A DNA stretch of 34,519 nucleotides from Alphaproteobacteria bacterium (GCA_027489415.1 JAIXZU010000057.1:1-34519), one strand, 5' to 3'. Counted from the stretch's first letter, positions 1-8,405 are shown. Program-made: numbers and translations. Notes: generated by a model from the letters alone, not told the origin.

Positions 1-852
1 CAGCACGGCACGCACACCTGTTTCCCACTCGGTAAACCGGCTACCCATATGGTTGTTCAATCCTACCGCCACATCACTCATCGCCGCCACATTCCGGCTC
101 AGCAGGCGCTCAATCTCGGCTGGGCTCATGCCCACGCGCAGGGTGTCCGGCCCGGGGTCAGGCACCACGGCGCCATGGGCCTGCGCTTCCATCGGCATAT
201 GGATCATAATCTCATGCCCCTCGCCCTTGGCCTTGCGCGCCAGCTCAATCCCCTCGCGGCTCCACGGGAAAAACGACAGCGTCACACCTTGGGGCAGCAC
301 GTCCACAGCACGGCGGCTCATATCCATCTGTCCCCCCATGTCATCAATCACAATCGCCAGCATCGGCGCGCCCGGGGTCACGGCAACGGGGGCTGCATGG
401 GTCTTCCACTTCAGTTCGCTCGGCAAGGGGCTTAACGCCAGCGGTTGCACCTCTTCTTGAGGCATCGGTGGCTGCACGGAAGGGCTTACAGCAACAGGCG
501 GCACTTCACTGGGCTGCAAGGTCATCACCGGCAACTCCATTGGCACGGTGTCACTGGGCACTGCCACCACACTGCCGGAAACCTCTGTCCCGCTCACAGC
601 CGTCTCACTAACCACTTCCACCGGCTGATCCATCATCGCCGCCAGCTGGGCCGCGCCACTGGCAGCCGCTTGGTCAACCGGCTTGGTCACCTGCATGTAA
701 CCTTCACGCCCGCCACCCCGTTCTGGGCCGAGGTTACGCAGGCGCGTGCCCAATACAATGGCCAGCATCAGGCACAACAAGGCCACGACCACCATCGCAG
801 CAAACACACCCCATATACGTCCCGGCACCGGCCGCCGCGGCTGAGAACTCAT
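1..852 (-). CDS. divergent polysaccharide deacetylase family protein (YibQ/DUF610-like), 5' part; CDS runs off the left edge
   Basis: Absent from the ORF track because it has no stop inside the window. Manual minus-strand translation from ATG 850-852 stays open to position 1: MSSQPRRPVPGRIWGVFAAMVVVALLCLMLAIVLG (membrane anchor) ... MLAIVIDDMGGQMDMSRRAVDVLPQGVTLSFFPWSREGIELARKAKGEGHEIMIHMPMEAQ ... GLNNHMGSRFTEWE. These match YibQ-type signatures. It starts 10 nt downstream of ctpA. Confidence 0.8.
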   Translation of the reverse strand, partial: MSSQPRRPVPGRIWGVFAAMVVVALLCLMLAIVLGTRLRNLGPERGGGREGYMQVTKPVDQAAASGAAQLAAMMDQPVEVVSETAVSGTEVSGSVVAVPSDTVPMELPVMTLQPSEVPPVAVSPSVQPPMPQEEVQPLALSPLPSELKWKTHAAPVAVTPGAPMLAIVIDDMGGQMDMSRRAVDVLPQGVTLSFFPWSREGIELARKAKGEGHEIMIHMPMEAQAHGAVVPDPGPDTLRVGMSPAEIERLLSRNVAAMSDVAVGLNNHMGSRFTEWETGVRAVL

Positions 853-862
853 CCCTCAACCC

Positions 863-2245
863 TTAGCGTGCTGGCGTCTGGCTGGCGGCCTTGGCGCCGC
901 TGGTCTGCGGCCACACAATCAGCGCACGCATCACACTCACCGCACGGTCAAGCTGGGCATCCGGCTTATTATCCAGTCCGGCCAATGTATCGCTCGGGCT
1001 CTTTTCACCTACAGGCGCGTAAATGCTCTGCGGCAGGTCGGCACGCGGCTCGGTTTTGCTCACTTCGGCGGCCTTACCGGCATTCAGGTGGCCCAGCAAA
1101 CTGGCCTCGCTCGGCATGTCGTCATCTTCCAGCGCCAACCGCTCCTGTTCCTTGGTCTTCAAGGGCTTCTGCACGATATCCGGCACAATCCCATGGGCCT
1201 GGATACTCTTGCCGGACGGCGTGTAATACAGCGCCGTCGTCAGCCGCATACCGGTCGCACCGGGCAGGTCGAAGATCGTCTGCACGCTCCCCTTTCCGAA
1301 GCTCTTCGTCCCCAGCACCACCGCACGGCGGTTATCCTGCAGCGCGCCACCGACAATCTCCGCCGCACTGGCACTACCACCGTTCATCAGCACCACAATG
1401 GGCTTGCCGTTCATCAGGTCGCCACGGCGAGCGGTGTAACGGGCATCTTGTCCGGCAATCCGCCCACGGGTGGAAACAATCTCACCTTCTTCCAGGAAAT
1501 CATCACTCACCGCAATCGCTTGGGTCAGCAAACCACCCGGGTTGTTGCGCAGGTCAAGAATCAACCCACCCAGCGGCCCCTTGTTGGCCACTTCCATGGT
1601 CTTGATATGGTCCCGCAGCGCATTTTCAGCATAGTCATTGAAACTCGTAATCCGCAGGTAACCAATGCCATCGCTCAGCAACTTGCTCTTCACCGGCCGA
1701 ACCTTAATCTCCGCCCGCGTCAACACCACGGGGAAGGTCCGCTTCTCGCTCTCACGCAGAATCACCAGCTTCACCTTGCTACCCGGCACACCGCGCATGT
1801 TGTCCACCGCGTCCTTCAGCGTCATGCCCTGCACGTCTTTGTCATCAATCCGGATGATCAGGTCAGCGGTCTCCAAACCGGCCGCCGCCGCAGGCGTGTC
1901 CTCAATCGGGCTCACCACTTTTACCAGCCCATTTTCCATGGTCACTTCAATGCCAAGGCCGCCGAATTTCCCCTGCGTCTGTTGCTTCAGCTCCTGCATT
2001 TCGTCTTTTTTCAGGTAGCCGCTGTGTGGGTCAAGGCTGGTCAACATGCCGTTAATGGCGTTTTCAATCACACCGGTCTCACTCACCTGCTCAACATAAC
2101 TGGTCCGGATCTTCTCCAGCACATGCGCAAACACATCCAGTTTTTCATAAACTTCGGGGTCTACGGGGCGCCCCTGGGCATATCCGGCACCGCTTACGGC
2201 CATAAAACCGGCCACACCTGCCAGCATCAGCAATTTCATACGCAT
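863..2245 (-). CDS. ctpA: carboxy-terminal processing protease (S41 peptidase with PDZ domain)
   Basis: 460-aa ORF with a signal peptide. It has a PDZ region (GGLGIEV...LETADLIIRIDD) and S41 motifs (LDLRNNPGGLL, NGGSASAAEIVGGALQD, TKSFGKGSVQ). The long + strand ORFs across it are antisense artefacts. Confidence 0.95.
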   Translation of the reverse strand: MRMKLLMLAGVAGFMAVSGAGYAQGRPVDPEVYEKLDVFAHVLEKIRTSYVEQVSETGVIENAINGMLTSLDPHSGYLKKDEMQELKQQTQGKFGGLGIEVTMENGLVKVVSPIEDTPAAAAGLETADLIIRIDDKDVQGMTLKDAVDNMRGVPGSKVKLVILRESEKRTFPVVLTRAEIKVRPVKSKLLSDGIGYLRITSFNDYAENALRDHIKTMEVANKGPLGGLILDLRNNPGGLLTQAIAVSDDFLEEGEIVSTRGRIAGQDARYTARRGDLMNGKPIVVLMNGGSASAAEIVGGALQDNRRAVVLGTKSFGKGSVQTIFDLPGATGMRLTTALYYTPSGKSIQAHGIVPDIVQKPLKTKEQERLALEDDDMPSEASLLGHLNAGKAAEVSKTEPRADLPQSIYAPVGEKSPSDTLAGLDNKPDAQLDRAVSVMRALIVWPQTSGAKAASQTPAR

Positions 2246-2412
2246 GAAAACAATCCGCCAATCTTGTTGTTAAATCCAATGCCTGCCAGCCTACCCGTAA
2301 AGCCCCCTCCCCGCAACGTCCAATGCCCACTTTCCTACCAAAACCTCCCCTTGCCATCCCCACCAACCCACAGTATACAAACATCATCACTGCCTCGAAC
2401 CCGGAGCATCCG

Positions 2413-3024
2413 ATGTCCCGTTCCCCCAAGCGCACCAAAGCGCAAAACCGCGCCCTGCAACAGGCCCGCGAACTCCTCACCACCCTCAAAGCCGGCCGCA
2501 TCCCACCAGCAATTTTCGTTTTGAACGCCGTGCCTACCATCGAGAAACTCCTGCAATCAGCGCAGGCGCAACCGGAGGACATCGGCACCACCGCCAAGAA
2601 ACTGAACAAACTGGACGTTACCATCGTCCATAAATTCATCCGCCGCTGGGTCAGGCAGCTTCGCAAGATGACTCTGCCGGAAAGCCCCTGGAATCCCGGC
2701 ATCACCACCATCGCGGAACTGCTGGATCAAACGTCAAGATGGCAAGGCATCAACTTCACCCGCGCCAAAACCACGCCCGAAGAAGTCGCCACCCTCGTCC
2801 GCACTGCCCGCCTCATGCTCCACAACCGCAACATGCGAATTTGCGAGCTTAATCTGCTGAAAGCACTGGATGTCTTCAACGACATCCAAGCCTCCCTCAC
2901 CGAGCATGGCCTGACCACGGCGGACCTCGACTACGACCCCGTCTACCTCGCCTCCCTCGAAACCCTCACCACCTTCTACACGGAGGACCCCACTGCAGAA
3001 GACGAGCCTGACAGTCAACCATGA
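2413..3024 (+). CDS. hypothetical protein (203 aa), no recognisable domain
   Basis: ORF 2323..3024. The preferred start is ATG 2413, with GGAG 8 nt upstream. Basic N-terminus (SPKRTKAQNR) and acidic C-terminus (EDPTAEDEPDSQP). A strong terminator follows directly. Confidence 0.6.
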   Translation: MSRSPKRTKAQNRALQQARELLTTLKAGRIPPAIFVLNAVPTIEKLLQSAQAQPEDIGTTAKKLNKLDVTIVHKFIRRWVRQLRKMTLPESPWNPGITTIAELLDQTSRWQGINFTRAKTTPEEVATLVRTARLMLHNRNMRICELNLLKALDVFNDIQASLTEHGLTTADLDYDPVYLASLETLTTFYTEDPTAEDEPDSQP

Positions 3025-3032
3025 AACAAAAA

Positions 3033-3062
3033 AGCCGCCCGGCACAACCGGGCGGCTTTTTC
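3033..3062 (+). terminator. rho-independent terminator
   Basis: Stem agccgcccgg / ccgggcggct with loop cacaa, followed by ttttt, 9 nt after the stop at 3024. Confidence 0.85.
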
Positions 3063-3082
3063 CATTCTGAAACGTTTTCCGT

Positions 3083-3216
3083 CGCGCCGCGACGTCTATG
3101 GGGCTGCACGCAGGCGGCTATAAACGGTCACGCTGGAATTTTTGGGCGGGATGCAGTGTACGAGCGTACATAAATCACGCCCAAAAGGTTCAGATGACCG
3201 TTTTAGCCCCTGCCCC
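3083..3216. repeat. nested-palindrome intergenic element, subtype A, copy 1
   Basis: Left arm ggctataaacggtca...ttttgggcg, core gtgtacgagcgtacataa, right arm cgcccaaaa...tgaccgttttagcc. It shares a left extension (gcgacgtct) with the other copies. It ends 2 nt before the stop of the M23 gene. Confidence 0.85.
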
Positions 3217-3218
3217 AG

Positions 3219-4136
3219 TTATTGTAAGGGGTCTACAGCCCGCCCCCTCCGCCTCACCTCCCAATAAAGCCGCCCTTCATCACCCAACACACCCAACACC
3301 GTCCCCGCCCCCACATCCTCATTCGCCTTCACACTCAGGCCACCCAAACCGCCCAGCACCATATCTTCACCACGCACGGTTTTCACAATCACCAAGCCCC
3401 CAAAATGCTTGAACGGCCCCGCATACAGCACGCGTCCGGCCTGCACCGCCCGCACCTCAGCCCCACCGACGGCTTTCAACACAACACCAGCCTTACTCCC
3501 GCCATTCCCGCTGCCGAAGGGCCGTTCCACCCGCCCCGCCACCGGCAACCCACCAGCCGAAGCCTCCTGAGTCCTCACAACCGGCACCATAGCCACCTTG
3601 GCTACCTGGCTACTATTCCCTTGGCTACCTTCCAAAGCCGCCGCCAAATCCTCGCTCAACGCATCAGCCTGCACACCCGCCCGCCGCAACACCGCCTTTT
3701 CCGCCGCCAGCAACTTGCCGTGGGCCTCGCCGTACGCCGCCTGCACATCGCGTACCGCCTGTAACTGGCGGTTTACGGCACCATACAGCTCCGTCAGCTG
3801 TCCGGCCTCTGCTTGGGCTTGCAACAGCTGGTTGGCCTGCATGCGGCCGCTGGCCTGCATCAGGCCCGCCTGAGCAGGGCTATCCATCACCACACTACGC
3901 AGCACCCAGAACCCCTGCGGATACTGCCCCAAACGCACCATGGTGCGCACCGCCTGCTGTAAATGGCCGTCAGCCTTTTTATGGCGGCTACGTGCCGCCT
4001 CGATCCGTGCCTGAACAATCTCTAACTGAGCTTCAGCCGCCCGCACTTTCGCCGCCAGCGCGGCCACGTCTTCGGCCTCAGCCGCCCCCACCACCGCAGG
4101 CATCATCAGCAATACAAGCAACCAAACGAATATCAT
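3219..4136 (-). CDS. murein hydrolase activator, EnvC-like (coiled coil plus degenerate LytM/M23 domain)
   Basis: 305 aa with a signal peptide and a long Ala/Gln/Glu coiled-coil region. C-terminal LytM fold (AGRVLYAGPFKHFGGLVIVKT...GTVLGVLG...LYWEVRRRGRAVDPL) with the usual His positions substituted (KT for KH, LYWE for LHFE), as in EnvC-type activators. It lies between rlmH and ctpA. Confidence 0.8.
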   Translation of the reverse strand: MIFVWLLVLLMMPAVVGAAEAEDVAALAAKVRAAEAQLEIVQARIEAARSRHKKADGHLQQAVRTMVRLGQYPQGFWVLRSVVMDSPAQAGLMQASGRMQANQLLQAQAEAGQLTELYGAVNRQLQAVRDVQAAYGEAHGKLLAAEKAVLRRAGVQADALSEDLAAALEGSQGNSSQVAKVAMVPVVRTQEASAGGLPVAGRVERPFGSGNGGSKAGVVLKAVGGAEVRAVQAGRVLYAGPFKHFGGLVIVKTVRGEDMVLGGLGGLSVKANEDVGAGTVLGVLGDEGRLYWEVRRRGRAVDPLQ

Positions 4137-4207
4137 AGGGCAGCACCCTAAACCACAACCCGCCCCAGCACCAGTCTCTCAACCCACCCCAAACACTGCA
4201 TAACTCA

Positions 4208-4350
4208 CGGCGCGCAGCGCCGTCTCTCAGGAATCCGCCAGCACGAGGCTATAAAGCCTGATCCCAGTGCTTTTTGGCGGGTCGCCGAATACACTGAAAG
4301 TATTTCAGACCCGCCAAAAAGTGCTGGGGCAGGGTTTTAGCCCGTGCCCC
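4208..4350. repeat. nested-palindrome intergenic element, subtype B, copy 1
   Basis: cggcgcgcagcgccgtctc...gcacgaggctataaag...cccagtgctttttggcggg...aatacactgaaagtatttcag...cccgccaaaaagtgctgggg...gttttagcccgtgcccc. It ends 2 nt before the rlmH stop. Confidence 0.85.
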
Positions 4351-4352
4351 AA

Positions 4353-4811
4353 TTAGTCGCGATGATATGGATGCCCAGTCAGTAGTGTATGTACACGGTA
4401 CATCTGCTCCGCCAACACCAGCCTCACCATCTGGTGCGGCAACGTCAGCTTGCCAAGGCTCCAGACCCAATCCACGCGCTGCGCCACGGTCTTGCTCACG
4501 CCGTTGGCGCCGCCAATCAAAATACATACGGCCTTGATGCCATCATTCTGCCAGGCTTCAAACTTGCCGCTCAACTCGCGGCTGGAGACATTCTCGCCGC
4601 GTTCATCCAGCAGAATGCGCACACCCGGCATCGGCACACCGGCCAGCGCCAAAAGCTGGCCGCCACTTTCTTCTTCAGGCGAATCACCATCGGGCAGTTC
4701 GCGCACGGTCACACGCCACATATTATCTGGCAAACGCGTTAAATACTGGCTTTCCAGGGCTTTCAGGTGGGCGTCGCGACACTTGCCGGTGGTCAGGATG
4801 ATGAGCTGCAT
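4353..4811 (-). CDS. rlmH: 23S rRNA (pseudouridine1915-N3)-methyltransferase
   Basis: 152 aa of the SPOUT/RlmH type (ILIGGANG ... SLGKLTLPHQMVRLVLAEQMYRVHTLLTGHPYH). Its start overlaps the rsfS stop (TGATG). Confidence 0.92.
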   Translation of the reverse strand: MQLIILTTGKCRDAHLKALESQYLTRLPDNMWRVTVRELPDGDSPEEESGGQLLALAGVPMPGVRILLDERGENVSSRELSGKFEAWQNDGIKAVCILIGGANGVSKTVAQRVDWVWSLGKLTLPHQMVRLVLAEQMYRVHTLLTGHPYHRD

Positions 4812-5296
4812 CAGCCCTTATCATCCTCATCGGCCTCTCCCGTCAAGGGGTCGGCTGCGGGGGTGAAGGCAAAACTCCACAACTTCTCAAGGTTATACAG
4901 CACGCGTTTTTCGGGCAGGAACAGGTGCACCACAATCCCGCCCATGTCGGCGCACACCCATTCGCCGTCGTCCAAACCTTCCAAACCGAGGAAACTCGCC
5001 TTGCCCAGCTTGTCCTGCAACGCTCGGCCCATGCTGCTAACGTGGAGGGTGCTGGTGCCGCTGGCAATCACGATGTAATCGGCAAAACTCGCCTGTCCGG
5101 CAAGGCTAATCACCGTAATATCAACAGCTTTGTAATCTTCCAGAATCGCCGTGACCTGCCGCACTTCGGCCTCACTGGTCGCAGGCGCCTGCATGGGCTG
5201 GCTCTCCGGCCTGAGCATCTGCTGGATTTGCTTTTTTACCACCTTGCGGGGTGTAACCCGTGCGGAGTTTCCGCCCGGAGCCCTGGTGCGACGCAC
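4811..5296 (-). CDS. rsfS: ribosome silencing factor
   Basis: The C-terminal ~110 aa are typical RsfS (KAVDITVISLAGQASFADYIVIASGTSTLHVSSM...EGLDDGEWVCADMGGIVVHLFLPEKRVLYNLEKLW). The start is uncertain; an alternative ATG lies at 5218. Confidence 0.88.
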   Translation of the reverse strand: MRRTRAPGGNSARVTPRKVVKKQIQQMLRPESQPMQAPATSEAEVRQVTAILEDYKAVDITVISLAGQASFADYIVIASGTSTLHVSSMGRALQDKLGKASFLGLEGLDDGEWVCADMGGIVVHLFLPEKRVLYNLEKLWSFAFTPAADPLTGEADEDDKG

Positions 5297-5489
5297 GCGC
5301 GCCGCGGCAACTTGTGCAGCTATGACACGAACCTTTCGTTATCTGGAGAGGGGAATAGTGAGAGACGGTGATCGTTCCACATGTGTCCCTATCTTATGGC
5401 ACCCGCCGCAAGGCACAAGCCCTAATTCCTAACAAAAGCCTAACACCAAATACCCCTGCGTTATCAAGGCAACAAGCACAACACACAGT

Positions 5490-5631
5490 CCGTCAGCCGT
5501 CGGCTGCGGTAAGAAGGAATGGCTAGCACGCGGCTACAAACGCTCATCCGGACAATCTTTTGGCGTGATGCAGTGTACGAGCGTACATAAATCGCGCCAA
5601 AAGTTGTTCGGGGAGTGTTTTAGCCCGTGCC
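5490..5631. repeat. nested-palindrome intergenic element, subtype A, copy 2
   Basis: ggctacaaacgctca...cttttggcgtgatgcagtgtacgagcgtacataaatcgcgccaaaag...gttttagcccgtgcc. It has the same 18-nt core as copies 1 and 3. It ends 4 nt before the recR stop. The left extension is degenerate. Confidence 0.8.
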
Positions 5632-5635
5632 TAAA

Positions 5636-6247
5636 TCAAGCCACCCGCTGCCGCCCCGCCAACGCCAAACTCAGCGTCCCCTCATCCAGATAATCCACCG
5701 CCGCCCCCACCGGCATCCCCTTGGCCAGCGTGCTCACCGCCACCCCAAGGCTCGCCAACCGGTCAATGATAATCTGGCCTGTCGTCTGCCCGTCCACACT
5801 GGCGCCCAGCGCCAGAATCACTTCCTGCACCTCTTCATCGCGCGCCCGCTTCACTAACTGGGGTATCCTCACATCCTCAGGCCCCACACCATTCAGCGCC
5901 GAAACCACGCCACCCAGCACATGGTAACGGCCTACAAACACACCACTGCGCTCCAGCGCCCAGATGTCCGCAATGCCTTCCACCACGCACACCACGCCGG
6001 TGTTGCGCACGGGGTCGCTGCAAATCTCACAGATAGGCGCCTCACCACCGGCAAACGCAAGGTTGCCGCAGCAGCCGCAAATTCCCAACTGCGCCGCCAC
6101 ATCCGCCAAATTACGCTGTAAATCAGCCAGCAATACCGGCTGCTGCAACAGGCTCAACGCCACGCGCTGCGCACTGCGCGGCCCCAACCCGGGCAACTTG
6201 CCCAACTGCCGCAGCAGTCGCTCCAGTGGCAAAGGAATCAGTGCCAT
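5636..6247 (-). CDS. recR: recombination protein RecR
   Basis: 203 aa with an HhH (LPGLGPRSAQRVA), a Cys4 zinc finger (CGCCGN...CEICSD) and a Toprim region (VCVVEGIADIWALERSG). Confidence 0.95.
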   Translation of the reverse strand: MALIPLPLERLLRQLGKLPGLGPRSAQRVALSLLQQPVLLADLQRNLADVAAQLGICGCCGNLAFAGGEAPICEICSDPVRNTGVVCVVEGIADIWALERSGVFVGRYHVLGGVVSALNGVGPEDVRIPQLVKRARDEEVQEVILALGASVDGQTTGQIIIDRLASLGVAVSTLAKGMPVGAAVDYLDEGTLSLALAGRQRVA

Positions 6248-6252
6248 AATAA

Positions 6253-6283
6253 TCTAACTTCTAACCTCTAACATCTAACGTCT
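6253..6283. repeat. heptamer microrepeat (TCTAACN x4; GTTAGAN on the coding strand) filling the ybaB-recR spacer
   Basis: tctaact tctaacc tctaaca tctaacg tct, read directly from the sequence. Confidence 0.9.
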
Positions 6284-6286
6284 GGC

Positions 6287-6595
6287 TTAAAAACCGGGAA
6301 TATTCAGCCCACCGGTCACCGCACTCATCTTCGTCTTGGCAATCTCATTCGCCTTGGCCAGCGCGTCATTGCAGGCCACTTTCACAAGGTCTTCCAGCAT
6401 GCCCATGTCATCAGTGTCCACGGCACTGGGCTTGATGCTCACCCGCACAACCTCATGCGTCCCGTTCATCACCACGCTCACCGCCCCACTGGCCGCCGTA
6501 CCTGTCACTTCGGTCTTGGCCAGCTCCGCCTGCACCAGCTGCAGGTTTTTCTGCATTTCCTGCGCCTTTTTCAGCATTCCGAACATATTGCTCAT
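6287..6595 (-). CDS. ybaB: YbaB/EbfC family nucleoid-associated protein
   Basis: 102 aa (MLKKAQEMQKNLQLVQAELAKTEVTGTAASGAVSVVMNG...). It sits in the conserved dnaX-ybaB-recR order. Confidence 0.93.
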   Translation of the reverse strand: MSNMFGMLKKAQEMQKNLQLVQAELAKTEVTGTAASGAVSVVMNGTHEVVRVSIKPSAVDTDDMGMLEDLVKVACNDALAKANEIAKTKMSAVTGGLNIPGF

Positions 6596-6630
6596 CTCAG
6601 TCTCTTTCTCATTGTTAACTCTTTAGAAAA

Positions 6631-6654
6631 TCTAACGTCTAACCTCTAACGTCT
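6631..6654. repeat. heptamer microrepeat (TCTAACN x3) directly after the dnaX stop
   Basis: tctaacg tctaacc tctaacg tct. On the coding strand it reads TGA CGAG AC GTTAGAG GTTAGAC GTTAGAT. Confidence 0.9.
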
Positions 6655-6656
6655 CG

Positions 6657-8405
6657 TCAGTGGTAATCATCCGCCTCAACACTCTCCAGCTCAGCTCCGG
6701 GGAACATCTCCATCATATCAGCCACCATCGGGTCGGCTGCGGCGGCTGTCAATCTGGCCGCACCGGCTTCCGCCGCCACTTGCGCTAAATTGATGCCCTC
6801 ACCTCCGGCACCGGCCACTTCACGCACATCCCACGCCACGCCGGTCAGCTCACGTAAAGTGGCGCGCAGGTCGCGCAACAGGTCGGACGTCGTCAACAAC
6901 CCCTTATCCACTGCCAGCTCCAGCTTGGTGTCCGCAAAACTCACACACCTCACCTGCCGCTCCAATGCCGCCGAAAGCCCTGGCTTGGCCCCCCGCACCA
7001 TCTTCACCACACCGGCCCAGTCATGCACTTCCGCGCCCACGGCGGCGGACTGTATCCCCCGCTCGGCCGAACTCAACCCCGCCTCAACCACCGGCAAATC
7101 ACGCACGTTCTCATCCTGAACCACACTAACAGACGCCAACGTCGCCGGCACCGCCTTCACCTCCCCGCTGAAACTCGCACTAGCCACTCTGGCTACCTGG
7201 CTACCCGCTTCCTGGCTACCTATCACCCCCATCGCCTCGCCCATCAACTTATCCATCGCCGGCATCGGCGTCAGGTAAGCCATGCGCACGCAGGCCATCG
7301 CCAGCGCTTCATACGGCCGCTCGGCCTGCTTCACCTCTTGCAAGCCTTGCATAAGCAGCTGATACAACCGCCCAAGGTTCGGCAGCGGCACGGTGTCGGC
7401 CATGGGTATCGCGCGTTTGCGCTCAATCTCGGTCAGTCCTGTGCCCTCTTTCAGGCTGGGCACAATCCGGATGCGCGTCGCAAGGTGCACCAGCTCCATC
7501 ATGCCATGCAGAATGCCCACAGCATCACTGCCACTGGCGTAAAGGCTGTCTACAATCGCCAGCGCGTCGGGTACGCGGCCCTGCGTCAACGCTTCCAGCA
7601 GGTCAAACACCCGCGCACGGTCAGCCACACCCAGCATACCTTCCACGGTTGCCAGGGTCACTTTGGCCTCGCCACTACCTTCACTCACGGAAAGCGCAAT
7701 CGCCTGGTCCAGCAAACTCAACCCATCACGGGCAGAACCATCCGCCGCCCGCGCAATCAGCTGCACGGCAGAACTCTCAAACCCGACGCTCTCCTTCTGC
7801 AGGATACTCTCAAAATAAGGCGCCAGCACCTCACTCGGTATCCGCTTTAAGTCAAAGCGCTGGCAGCGGGAAAGCACCGTCAGCGGGATCTTCTGCACAT
7901 CCGTCGTCGCGAAAATGAATTTCACCTGCGGCGGCGGCTCCTCCAGCGTTTTCAGCAACGCATTGAAGGCCGTGGTGCTCAGCATGTGCACTTCGTCAAT
8001 AATGTAAACTTTAAAACGCCCCGCCACCGGCGCGTAGTTCACCCCTTCAAACAAGCGCTGCACGTCTTCCACGCTGCGGTTGCTGGCGGCGTCATACTCA
8101 AACACATCCACGTGGCGGCCGGTCCGGATCGCCTCCACCTGCGCATCGTTCACGTCCCACGTTACGCTGGGGCCGTTGTCGCAGTTCAGCGCCATCGCCA
8201 GCAAACGGGCGGTACTGGTCTTCCCCGTACCCCGTATCCCCGTCAGTACGTAAGCGTGGTGGATCTTATTCATCGCAATCGCATTGGTCAGCGTGCGCAC
8301 CAGCGCATCCTGCCCAATCAGCTCGGCAAACGTCCGGCTCCGGTATTTCCGCGCCAGCACTACATAGTCATGTTGAACCTGTGTATTCAAAGCTTCCCCC
8401 GCCAT
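6657..8405 (-). CDS. dnaX: DNA polymerase III subunit gamma/tau
   Basis: 582 aa with an AAA+ clamp-loader N-terminus (VLTGIRGTGKTSTARLLA, Walker B YIIDEVHMLS, SRC motif LSRCQRF). No A-AAA-AAG slippery site was seen. Confidence 0.95.
   Translation of the reverse strand: MAGEALNTQVQHDYVVLARKYRSRTFAELIGQDALVRTLTNAIAMNKIHHAYVLTGIRGTGKTSTARLLAMALNCDNGPSVTWDVNDAQVEAIRTGRHVDVFEYDAASNRSVEDVQRLFEGVNYAPVAGRFKVYIIDEVHMLSTTAFNALLKTLEEPPPQVKFIFATTDVQKIPLTVLSRCQRFDLKRIPSEVLAPYFESILQKESVGFESSAVQLIARAADGSARDGLSLLDQAIALSVSEGSGEAKVTLATVEGMLGVADRARVFDLLEALTQGRVPDALAIVDSLYASGSDAVGILHGMMELVHLATRIRIVPSLKEGTGLTEIERKRAIPMADTVPLPNLGRLYQLLMQGLQEVKQAERPYEALAMACVRMAYLTPMPAMDKLMGEAMGVIGSQEAGSQVARVASASFSGEVKAVPATLASVSVVQDENVRDLPVVEAGLSSAERGIQSAAVGAEVHDWAGVVKMVRGAKPGLSAALERQVRCVSFADTKLELAVDKGLLTTSDLLRDLRATLRELTGVAWDVREVAGAGGEGINLAQVAAEAGAARLTAAAADPMVADMMEMFPGAELESVEADDYH

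Noticed and set aside
445-2524. Long + strand ORFs (445..1605, 386 aa; 1088..2524, 478 aa) overlapping yibQ/ctpA
   Set aside because: Their His/Arg/Pro/Gly-rich, low-complexity composition is typical of antisense frames in GC-rich DNA. The opposite strand encodes clear CtpA and YibQ signatures.
3098-3412. Small ORFs starting inside the palindromic elements (3098..3412 +, 4249..4527 -, 10132..10329 -, 10414 start of the NUDIX ORF, 27501..27737 -, 27568..28020 +)
   Set aside because: Their starts fall within repeated non-coding hairpin elements. They overlap well-supported genes or have implausible composition.
6657-8405. Programmed -1 frameshift site in dnaX (gamma/tau)
   Set aside because: I found no A-AAA-AAG-type slippery heptamer (no CTTTTTT on the + strand) within the gene.
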